This document shows positions 11,836 through 23,700 of a stretch of DNA of 64,000 bases, one piece after another. The notes beneath the pieces were generated by a model. That model did not search any database and was not told the DNA's origin. It saw only the letters and a program-made list of their open reading frames with translations. Source of the stretch: Eledone cirrhosa. Its lineage: Eukaryota. The stretch's first letter is position 1. Each line of letters starts with the position of its first letter. The position numbers were made by a program, and so were the translations under genes. Location of the stretch: the NCBI GenBank assembly GCA_964016885.1, contig OZ024740.1, forward strand, positions 5,890,001-5,954,000, read 5' to 3'.

Positions 11836-12707
11836 GGACCACACGTCCAAGATGGAGGCTGCAAAGCTTGCAGCATTGAGGCTGACGTTCACCACCTCCG
11901 ACTTGGCCAAGTTGACTTGGAGGCTGATTCCCGCCAGGGCAGGAACCACCGATTGAAGGTCATGCCAGACCGTCCGTACGGGCCCGCCCAACATAGCATC
12001 TTACAGATACCAAATGTTGAGAGGAGCCGTGATACTCCGGGCGATGTGGTCAATACCAAGGGCGAACAGGAGGGGTCCCAAAGGGTCGTCCTGTTGGACC
12101 CCAGTAGCGAAGGGTATGACCGTATCAGCAGCTAGGAGCATGCTCGGGGCTCCATATGACAGGTAGGCCAGCGTGTAGGCAGAGGGGTCTCGGCTGAGGC
12201 AGACCTCAAGCAGATGATCCCGGCGTAAAGAGTTAAAGGCATTCCTCATGTCAAGCTTGACAATGAGGTACCTGGAGTCCCTGGATGCCAGTACTGATGG
12301 GCAGCTGCTGAAGAACTGCCTGATTGCATGAGCGGCCCCCTCACAGCCACCGGACACGCCGACACCCAGTTGCACCAGACTAAATTCCTCACCCAGTTCG
12401 TGTGTGACGGATTTGCAGATCACCTTGGAAGCCAGCCTCTGGAAGACATTGCCCACAGCAATGGAGCGTATGCCACCCTCTTTCTTCCTGAGAGCGGTGA
12501 TGCTGGCCGAAAAAAAGAGGCACCATGAATGAGCCTATTGGTGAACGCCACAATTGCACTCAGAAGGCGGCGCCCGGCCTCAGCAGAGAGGAGGGATGTC
12601 AACTCCTTGAGGTGGTCTGGTTGGACACCATCAACAGCTCCGCAGCTGCTAGCTGGGAAGGACCTGATGGCGGACATGATATCTGCATCAGTAGCCACAA
12701 GGAGTAT
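11836..12707 (-). pseudogene. Decayed reverse-transcriptase fragment of a CRE-clade-like (RLE-type) non-LTR retrotransposon
   Basis: Pieces in shifted frames: [93 protein letters not shown] (catalytic YLDD destroyed by TAA), ISLQVNLAKSEV. These motifs fit CRE-type RTs. Confidence 0.85.
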
Positions 12708-12718
12708 GTTTCATCACT

Positions 12719-12900
<182 letters not shown>

Positions 12901-12920
12901 AAGTAGTAACACAACAGTTA

Positions 12921-12987
12921 GTTCACTATGCCGAGAACAATTGTTTCACCTTAGCGGATCTTCAACTCGGACTGGTCATGGTTAAAC
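12921..12987 (-). ncRNA. Inverted copy of the hammerhead-like motif
   Basis: Mirror arm of the palindrome. On the minus strand the proximal stem I is fully Watson-Crick (CCGAG/CUCGG), with the same core and the same stems II and III. Confidence 0.58.
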
Positions 12988-12997
12988 GGAACAGTCC

Positions 12998-13064
12998 GTT
13001 TAACCATGACCAGTCTGAGTTGAAGATCCGCTAAGGTGAAACAATTGTTCTCGGTATGGTGAAC
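12998..13064 (+). ncRNA. Type I minimal hammerhead-like motif (C3U core variant)
   Basis: Stem I CUGAG(13015-13019)/CUCGG(13050-13054), extended by GUUUAACCAUG/UAUGGUGAAC beyond a 6-nt bulge; core UUGAAGA; stem II U-CC-GCUAA-GG-U; GAAA; stem III AC-AAUU-GU (palindrome ACAAUUGU); triplet GUU. Confidence 0.6.
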
Positions 13065-13145
13065 TAACTGTTGTGTTACTACTTCTACCAAACTTGTCCC
13101 GTGGACTGAGTGCTCTACCACTACGGATATTACCTTCCAGTGTTC

Positions 13146-13223
<78 letters not shown>

Positions 13224-13656
13224 GGTACATGGAGAGGGAGGGGTGAATACCCTGTAGTGTATATAAACTTGAGAAAAAGTATTCAATATAGGCAGAGAAA
13301 AATAATTTATTGTAGATGAATTTTTAATAGTCTTAACTTCAGTTTATCTTTTCAGTTCACCAGACACTTTAAGAGTTAAAAATAATTAACTTAATTTTTC
13401 ATAGAATTATTTGAATCCATTGATCTCATTGGTTGATTGGAATAGCCCAATTATCATTGTTCGACTACAGTAGCAGATATGAAGCATCTTCTTCTACCCA
13501 TCGCATATTTCATAAGTGTGGTTCTGTGGTTGAACAATTAGCCCTAAACGTCATTGGGATTTGAATTCCTTGGTGGAGTTTGAGCATGGAACCATAACTG
13601 GTTGTGAAGGGTACAATAGGTGAAGAAGTGTTGCAGTCATCTGCTACTGCAATCAC

Positions 13657-13681
13657 ATGATGATAATGATGATGATGGTGG

Positions 13682-13712
<31 letters not shown>

Positions 13713-13864
13713 AGTGATGATGATGATGATGATGATGATGATGTTGATAGTGATGATGATGGTGATGATGATGGTGATGGTGATGGTGGTAATGATGGTG
13801 ATGATGATGATGATGATGGTGATGATGGTGATGGTGATGGTGGTAATGGTGGTGGTGGTGGTGG

Positions 13865-13905
<41 letters not shown>

Positions 13906-14190
13906 TCGATAGTGATGATGATGATGGTGATGATGATAGTGAAGACGATGGTGATGATGATGGTGATGATGATGGTGATGGTGATAGTGGTAATGATGGT
14001 GGTGATGATGATGATGATGATGATGGTGATGATGATGGTGATGGTGATAGTGATGATGACAGTGATTATGATGGTGATGATGATGATAATGATGATGATG
14101 TTGATGATGATAGTGATGGTGATGATGATAGTGATGATGATGATGATGATGATGATAGTGATAATGATGATGATGTTGATGATGATGTTG
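13657..14190. repeat. Imperfect (GAT/GGT)n trinucleotide repeat
   Basis: Direct inspection; it produces the poly-D, poly-M and poly-I ORFs. Confidence 0.95.
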
Positions 14191-14414
14191 ACAAATAAAT
14201 GCATGTTATGCAAATGAGGCTGGCCCTTTCATTAAAACGTCTGTGTTTTGTTTGACATAAGCAGCTATTACTATTGGTTCTCTTCATAGGTGGAAGGATA
14301 AGGGTATTTATCTTCTGATGAACAACCAACTACCTGTGAAACAAGAGAAGACAATCTCTTATGGTTTTTTTTCAGAGTATGAATAAAATAACAAAGTGTG
14401 TTTACACTCAATTG

Positions 14415-14515
14415 AAATCTATAGAAAAAGACATTTACCTAAGGTGTGGTGTAATAGAATCAAACCTAGGCCCTATTGTTGCACACAAATTTCCCAACCA
14501 CACAACTATGCCTCT
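14415..14515 (-). mobile_element. Degenerate tRNA-like SINE head
   Basis: Minus strand aggcatagttgtgtggttggg...ggtttgattcta...caccttaggtaaatgtctttttctatag; decayed A/B boxes. Confidence 0.4.
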
Positions 14516-14622
14516 ACCATTTTCCTATGCTTTGCTCAAGCTGGCTCCTGGAAAGCTGTCAGCCCTTTGCAGGGCTAATTCCCTGCTGTTGGTACACATT
14601 TTTTGCTGAGTGAACTGGAGCA

Positions 14623-14768
14623 ATCATCGTCATCATCATCATTGTTTAGCGTCCACTTTCCACACTAACATAGGTTAGACAGGTTGTCTCATTTGAGGCA
14701 AGTTGGGTCAGGCAACATATTGAACTGTCTCTGGCTAGATTTCTACAGCTGGATGCTCTTCTTTATGC
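14623..14768 (-). mobile_element. 3' end of a short retroposon (RTE-type tail ending in (ATG)n), contiguous with the 49-bp satellite
   Basis: Minus strand ...gcatccagctgtagaaa...aacctatgttagtgtggaaagtggacgctaaacaatgatgatgatga; homologous to 37928-38085 and to the tail at 6085-6145. Confidence 0.75.
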
Positions 14769-17700
14769 CAACCACATTTACAGTATGTGCTGGATGTTTT
14801 TTGTTGTGACTACTACACAACCACATTTACAGTGTGTGCTGGGTGCTTTTTGTCGTGACTACTACACAACCACATTTACAGTGTGTGCTGGATGTTTTTT
14901 GTTGTGACTCCTACACAACCACATTTACAGTGTGTGCTGGATGTTTTTTGTTGTGACTACTACACAACCACATTTACAGTGTGTGCTGGAAGTTTTTTGT
15001 CGTGACTACTACACAACCACATTTACAGTGTGTGCTGGGTGCTTTTTGTTGTGACTACTACACAACCACATTTACAGTGTGTGCTGGATGTTTTTTGTTG
15101 TGACTACTACACAACCACATTTACAGTGTGTGCTGGATGTTTTTTGTTGTGACTCCTACACAACCACATTTACAGTGTGTGCTGGATGTTTTTTGTTGTG
15201 ACTCCTACACAACCACATTTACAGTGTGTGCTGGATGTTTTTTGTTGTGACTCCTACACAACCACATTTACAGTGTGTGCTGGATGTTTTTTGTTGTGAC
15301 TCCTACACAACCACATTTACAGTGTGTGCTGGGTGCTTTTTGTTGTGACTACTACACAACCACATTTACAGTGTGTGCTGGGTGCTTTTTGTCGTGACAA
15401 CTACACAACCACATTTACAGTGTGTGCTGGGTGCTTTTTGTTGTGACTACTACACAACCACATTTACAGTGTGTGCTGGAAGTTTTTTGTCGTGACTCCT
15501 ACACAACCACATTTACAGTGTGTGCTGGGTGCTTTTCGTTGTGACTACTACACAACCACATTTACAGTGTGTGCTGGGTGTTTTTTCTTGTGACTACTAC
15601 ACAACCACATTTACAGTGTGTGCTGGATGTTTTTTGTTGTGATACCTACACAACCACATTTACAGTGTGTGCTGGATGTTTTTTGTTGTGACTCCTACAC
15701 AACCACATTTACAGTGAGTGCTGGGTGCTTTTTGTTGTGACTCCTACACAACCACATTTACAGTGTGTGCTGGGTGCTTTTTGTCATGGCACCTACACAA
15801 CCACATTTACAGTGTGTGCTGGATGTTTTTTGTTGTGACTCCTACACAACCAGATTTACAGTGTGTGCTGGGTGCTTTTTGTTGTGGCTCCTACACAACC
15901 ACATTTACAGTGTGTGCTGCGTGCTTTTTGTCATGGCACCTACACAACCACATTTACAGTGTGTGCTGGGTGCTTTTTGTTATGACTCCTACACAACCAC
16001 ATTTACAGTGTGTGCTGGATGTTTTTTGTTGCGACTCCTACACAACCACATTTACAGTGTGTGCTGGGTGCTTTTTTGTTGTGACTACTACACAACCACA
16101 TTTACAGTGTGTGCTGGGTGCTTTTTGTTGTGACTACTACACAACCACATTTACAGTGTGTGCTGGGTGCTTTTTTGTTGTGACTACTACACAACCACAT
16201 TTACAGTGTGTGCTGGGTGCTTTTTGTTGTGACTACTACACAACCACATTTACAGTGTGTGCTGGGTGCTTTTTTGTTGTGACTACTACACAACCACATT
16301 TACAGTGTGTGCTGGGTGCTTTTTGTTGTGACTACTAGACAACCACATTTACAGTGTGTGCTGGATGTTTTTTGCTGTGACTCCTACACAACCACATTTA
16401 CAGTGTGTGCTGGATGTTTTTTGCTGTGACTCCTACACAACCATATTTACAGTGTGTGCTGGATGTTTTTTGCTGTGACTACTACATAACCACATTTACA
16501 GTGTGTGCTGGGTGTTTTTTGTTGTTACTACTACACAACCAGATTTACAGTGTGTGCTGGATGTTTTTTGCTGTGACTACTACACAACCACATTTACAGT
16601 GAGTGCTGGATGTTTTTGTTGTGACTCCTACACAACCACATTTACAGTGTGTGCTGGGTGTTTTTCGTTGTGACTACTACACAACCATATTTACAGTGTG
16701 TGCTGGATGTTTTTTGTTGTGACTCCTACACAACCACATTTACAGTGTGTGCTGGGTGCTTTTTGTTGTGACTCCTACACAACCACATTTACAGTGTGTG
16801 CTGGGTGCTTTTTGTTGTGACTACTACACAACCACATTTACAGTGTGTGCTGGGTGCTTTTTTGTTGTGACTACTACACAACCACATTTACAGTGTGTGC
16901 TGGGTGCTTTTTTGTTGTGACTCCTACACAAACACATTTACAGTGTGTGCTGGATGTTTTTTGTTGTGACTCCTACACAACCACATTTACAGTGTGTGCT
17001 GGGTGCTTTTTTGTTGTGACTCCTACGCAACCACATTTACAGTGTGTGCTGGGTGCTTTTTGTTGTGACTACTACACAACCACATTTACAGTGTGTGCTG
17101 GGTGCTTTTTTGTTGTGACTCCTACACGACCACATTTACAGTGTGTGCTGGGTGCTTTTTTGTTGTGACTCCTACACAACCACATTTACAGTGTGTGCTG
17201 GGTGCTTTTTGTTGTGACTACTACACAACCACATTTACAGTGTGTGCTGGGTGCTTTTTTGTTGTGACTCCTACACAACCACATTTACAGTGTGTGCTGG
17301 GTGCTTTTTTGTTGTGACTCCTACACAACCACATTTACAGTGTGTGATGGGTGCTTTTTGTTGACACCTACACAACCACATTTACAGTGTGTGCTGGGTG
17401 TTTTTTGTTGTGACTACTACACAACCACATTTAAAGTGTGTGCTGGGTGCTGTTTGTTGTGACTACTACACAACCACATTTACAGTGTGTGCTGGGTGCT
17501 TTTTGTCGTGACTACTACACAACCACATTTACAGTGTGTGCTGGATGTTTTTTATTGTGACTACTACACAACCACATTTACAGTGTGTGCTGGATGTTTT
17601 TTGTCGTGACTACTACACAACCACATTTACAGTGTGTGCTGGGTGCTTTTTGTTGTGACTACTACACAACCACAGTTACAGTGTGTGCTGGGTGCTTTTT

Positions 17701-20700
17701 GTTGTGACTACTACACAACCACATTTACAGTGTGTGCTGGGTGCTTTTTGTCGTGACTACTACACAACCACATTTACAGTGTGTGCTGGGTGCTTTTTGT
17801 CGGGACTACTACACAACCACATTTACAGTGTGTGCTGGGTGCTTTTTGTTGTGACTACTACACAACCACATTTACAGTGTGTGCTGGATGCTTTTTGTTG
17901 TGACTCCTACACAACCACATTTACAGTGTGTGCTGGGTGCTTTTTGTTGTGACTACTACACAACCACATTTACAGTGTGTGCTGGATGTTTTTTGTTATG
18001 ACTCCTACACAACCACATTTACAGTGTGTGCTGGGTGCTTTTTGTTGTGACTCCTACACAACCACATTTACGGTGTGTGCTGGATGTTTTTTGTTGTGAC
18101 TACTACACAACCACATTTACAGTGTGTGCTGGATGTTTTTTGTCGTGACTACTACACAACCACATTTACAGTGTGTGCTGGGTGCTTTTTGTTGTGACTA
18201 CTACACAACCATATTTACAGTGTGTGCTGGATGTTTTTTGCTGTGACTACTACATAACCACATTTACAGTGTGTGCTGGGTGTTTTTTGTTGTTACTACT
18301 ACACAACCAGATTTACAGTGTGTGCTGGATGTTTTTTGCTGTGACTACTACACAACCACATTTACAGTGAGTGCTGGATGTTTTTGTTGTGACTCCTACA
18401 CAACCACATTTACAGTGTGTGCTGGGTGTTTTTCGTTGTGACTACTACACAACCATATTTACAGTGTGTGCTGGATGTTTTTTGTTGTGACTGCTACACA
18501 ACCACATTTACAGTGTGTGCTGGGTGCTTTTTGTTGTGACTCCTACACAACCACATTTACAGTGTGTGCTGGGTGCTTTTTGTTGTGACTACTACACAAC
18601 CACATTTACAGTGTGTGCTGGGTGCTTTTTGTTGTGACTCCTACACAACCACATTTACAGTGTGTGCTGGGTGCTTTTTGTTGTGACTACTACACAACCA
18701 CATTTACAGTGTGTGCTGGGTGCTTTTTTTGTTGTGACTCCTACAAAAGCACATTTACAGTGTGTGCTGGGTGCTTTTTTGTTGTGACTACTACACAACC
18801 ACATTTACAGTGTGTGCTGGGTGCTTTTGGTTGTGACTACTACACAACCACATTTACAGTGTGTGCTGGGTGCTTTTTGTTGTGACTCCTACACAACCAC
18901 ATTTACAGTGTGTGCTGGGTGCTTTTTTGTTGTGACTACTACACAACCACATTTACAGTGTGTGCTGGGTGCTTTTTTGTTGTGACTCCTACACAAACAC
19001 ATTTACAGTGTGTGCTGGATGTTTTTTGTTGTGACTCCTACACAACCACATTTACAGTGTGTGCTGGGTGCTTTTTTGTTGTGACTCCTACGCAACCACA
19101 TTTACAGTGTGTGCTGGGTGCTTTTTGTTGTGACTACTACACAACCACATTTACAGTGTGTGCTGGGTGCTTTTTTGTTGTGACTCCTACACGACCACAT
19201 TTACAGTGTGTGCTGGGTGCTTTTTTGTTGTGACTCCTACACAACCACATTTACAGTGTGTGCTGGGTGCTTTTTGTTGTGACTACTACACAACCACATT
19301 TACAGTGTGTGCTGGGTGCTTTTTTGTTGTGACTCCTACACAACCACATTTACAGTGTGTGCTGGGTGCTTTTTTGTTGTGACTCCTACACAACCACATT
19401 TACAGTGTGTGATGGGTGCTTTTTGTTGACACCTACACAACCACATTTACAGTGTGTGCTGGGTGTTTTTTGTTGTGACTACTACACAACCACATTTAAA
19501 GTGTGTGCTGGGTGCTGTTTGTTGTGACTACTACACAACCACATTTACAGTGTGTGCTGGGTGCTTTTTGTCGTGACTACTACACAACCACATTTACAGT
19601 GTGTGCTGGATGTTTTTTATTGTGACTACTACACAACCACATTTACAGTGTGTGCTGGATGTTTTTTGTCGTGACTACTACACAACCACATTTACAGTGT
19701 GTGCTGGGTGCTTTTTGTTGTGACTACTACACAACCACAGTTACAGTGTGTGCTGGGTGCTTTTTGTTGTGACTACTACACAACCACATTTACAGTGTGT
19801 GCTGGGTGCTTTTTGTCGTGACTACTACACAACCACATTTACAGTGTGTGCTGGGTGCTTTTTGTCGGGACTACTACACAACCACATTTACAGTGTGTGC
19901 TGGGTGCTTTTTGTTGTGACTACTACACAACCACATTTACAGTGTGTGCTGGATGCTTTTTGTTGTGACTCCTACACAACCACATTTACAGTGTGTGCTG
20001 GGTGCTTTTTGTTGTGACTACTACACAACCACATTTACAGTGTGTGCTGGATGTTTTTTGTTATGACTCCTACACAACCACATTTACAGTGTGTGCTGGG
20101 TGCTTTTTGTTGTGACTCCTACACAACCACATTTACGGTGTGTGCTGGATGTTTTTTGTTGTGACTACTACACAACCACATTTACAGTGTGTGCTGGATG
20201 TTTTTTGTCGTGACTACTACACAACCACATTTACAGTGTGTGCTGGGTGCTTTTTGTTGTGACTACTACACAACCACATTTACAGTGTGTGCTGGGTGCT
20301 TTTTGTCGTGACTACTACACAACCACATTTACAGTGTGTGCTGGGTGCTTTTTGTTGTGACTCCTACACAACCACATTTACAGTGTGTGCTGGGTGCTTT
20401 TTGTTGTGACTACTACACAACCACATTTACAGTGTGTGCTGGGTGCTTTTTGTTGTGACTACTACACAACCACATTTACAGTGTGTGCTGGGTGTTTTTT
20501 GTTGTGACTACTACACAATCACATTTACAGTGTGTGCTGGATGTTTTTTGTTGTGACACCTACATAACCACATTTACAGTGTGTGCTGGATGTTTTTGTT
20601 GTGACTCCTACACAACCATATTTACAGTGTGTGCTGGATGTGTTTTGTTGTGACTCCTACACAACCACATTTACAGTGTGTGCTGGGTGCTTTTTGTTGT

Positions 20701-23700
20701 GACTCCTACACAACCACATTTACAGTGTGTGTTGTGTGCTTTTTGTTGTGACTCCTACACAACCACATTTACAGTGTGTGCTGGGTGCTTTTTGTTGTGA
20801 TTCCTACACAACCACATTTACAGTGTTTGCTGGGTGCTTTTTGTCGTGACTACTACACAACCACATTTACAGTGTGTGCTGGGTGCTTTTTGTTGTGACT
20901 CCTACACAACCACATTTACAGTGTGTGCTGGATGCTTTTTGTTGTGACTACTACACAACCACATTTACAGTGTGTGCTGGATGTTTTTGTTGTGACTCCT
21001 ACACAACCACATTTACAGTGTGTGCTGGATGTTTTTTGTTGTGACTCCTACACAACCACATTTACAGTGTGTGCTGGATGTTTTTTGTTGTGACTCCTAC
21101 ACAACCACATTTACAGTGTGTGCTGGATGTTTTTTGTTGTGACTCCTACACAACCACATTTACAGTGTGTGCTGGATGCTTTTTGTTGTGACTCCTACAC
21201 AACCACATTTACAGTGTGTGCTGGATGTTTTTGTTGTGACTCCTACACAACCACATTTACAGTGTGTGCTGGATGTTTTTTGTTGTGACTCCTACACAAC
21301 CACATTTACAGTGTGTGCTGGATGTTTTTTTGTTGTGACTCCTACACAACCACATTTACAGTGTGTGCTGGGTGCTTTTTGTTGTGACTCCTACACAACC
21401 ACATTTACAGTGTGTGCTGGATGTTTTTTTGTTGTGACTCCTACACAACCACATTTACAGTGTGTGCTGGGTGCTTTTTGTTGTGACTCCTACACAACCA
21501 CATTTACAGTGTGTGCTGGGTGCTTTTTGTTGTGACTCCTACACAACCACATTTACAGTGTGTGCTGGATGTTTTTTGTTGCGACTACTACACAACCACA
21601 TTTACAGTGTGTGCTGGGTGCTTTTTGTTGTGACTCCTACACAACCACATTTACAGTGTGTGCTGGGTGCTTTTTGTTGTGACTCCTACACAACCACATT
21701 TACAGTGTGTGCTGGGTGCTTTTTGTTGTGACTCCTACACAACCACATTTACAGTGTGTGCTGGATGTTTTTTGTTGTGACTCCTACACAACCACATTTA
21801 CAGTGTGTGCTGGATATTTTTTGTTGCGACTACTACACAACCACATTTACAGTGTGTGCTGGGTGCTTTTTGTTGTGACTCCTACACAACCACATTTACA
21901 GTGTGTGCTGGGTGTTTTTTGTTGTGACTCCTACACAACCACATTTACAGTGTGTGCTGGATGTTTTTTGTTGCGACTCCTACACAACCACATTTACAGT
22001 GTGTGCTGGATGCTTTTTGTTGTGACTACTACACAACCACATTTACAGTGTGTGCTGGATGTTTTTGTTGTGACTCCTACACAACCACATTTACAGTGTG
22101 TGCTGGATGTTTTTTGTTGTGACTCCTACACAACCACATTTACAGTGTGTGCTGGATGTTTTTTGTTGTGACTCCTACACAACCACATTTACAGTGTGTG
22201 CTGGATGTTTTTTGTTGTGACTCCTACACAACCACATTTACAGTGTGTGCTGGATGCTTTTTGTTGTGACTCCTACACAACCACATTTACAGTGTGTGCT
22301 GGATGTTTTTGTTGTGACTCCTACACAACCACATTTACAGTGTGTGCTGGATGTTTTTTGTTGTGACTCCTACACAACCACATTTACAGTGTGTGCTGGA
22401 TGTTTTTTTGTTGTGACTCCTACACAACCACATTTACAGTGTGTGCTGGGTGCTTTTTGTTGTGACTCCTACACAACCACATTTACAGTGTGTGCTGGGT
22501 GCTTTTTGTTGTGACTACTACACAACCACAGTTACAGTGTGTGCTGGGTGCTTTTTGTTGTGACTACTACACAACCACATTTACAGTGTGTGCTGGGTGC
22601 TTTTTGTCGTGACTACTACACAACCACATTTACAGTGTGTGCTGGGTGCTTTTTGTCGGGACTACTACACAACCACATTTACAGTGTGTGCTGGGTGCTT
22701 TTTGTTGTGACTACTACACAACCACATTTACAGTGTGTGCTGGATGCTTTTTGTTGTGACTCCTACACAACCACATTTACAGTGTGTGCTGGGTGCTTTT
22801 TGTTGTGACTACTACACAACCACATTTACAGTGTGTGCTGGATGTTTTTTGTTATGACTCCTACACAACCACATTTACAGTGTGTGCTGGGTGCTTTTTG
22901 TTGTGACTACTACACAACCACATTTACAGTGTGTGCTGGGTGCTTTTTGTCGTGACTACTACACAACCACATTTACAGTGTGTGCTGGGTGCTTTTTGTT
23001 GTGACTACTACACAACCACATTTACAGTGTGTGCTGGGTGCTTTTTGTTGTGACTCCTACACAACCACATTTACAGTGTGTGCTGGGTGTTTTTTGTTGT
23101 GACTACTACACAATCACATTTACAGTGTGTGCTGGATGTTTTTTGTTGTGACACCTACATAACCACATTTACAGTGTGTGCTGGATGTTTTTGTTGTGAC
23201 TCCTACACAACCATATTTACAGTGTGTGCTGGATGTTTTTTGTTGTGACTCCTACACAACCACATTTACAGTGTGTGCTGGGTGCTTTTTGTTGTGACTC
23301 CTACACAACCACATTTACAGTGTGTGTTGTGTGCTTTTTGTTGTGACTCCTACACAACCACATTTACAGTGTGTGCTGGGTGCTTTTTGTTGTGATTCCT
23401 ACACAACCACATTTACAGTGTTTGCTGGGTGCTTTTTGTCGTGACTACTACACAACCACATTTACAGTGTGTGCTGGGTGCTTTTTGTTGTGACTCCTAC
23501 ACAACCACATTTACAGTGTGTGCTGGATGTTTTTTGTTGCGACTCCTACACAACCACATTTACAGTGTTTGCTGGATGCTTTTTGTTGTGACTACTACAC
23601 AACCACATTTACAGTGTGTGCTGGATGTTTTTGTTGTGACTCCTACACAACCACATTTACAGTGTGTGCTGGATGTTTTTTGTTGTGACTCCTACACAAC

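Larger units (their letters stand above)
12901..13084. repeat. Near-perfect palindrome, 90-bp arms, 4-nt loop (ACAG)
   Basis: 12901-12990 is the reverse complement of 12995-13084 with 3 mismatches; it directly follows the (TA)n tract at 12719-12900. Confidence 0.95.

Noticed and set aside
11917-12528. Plus-strand ORFs over the GC-rich segment
   Set aside because: Antisense shadows of the minus-strand RT pseudogene.
13620-14217. Asp-rich (biomineralisation-like) 192-aa ORF
   Set aside because: Imperfect (GAT)n microsatellite with no signal peptide or exon boundaries; such tracts are typical retroposon tails here.
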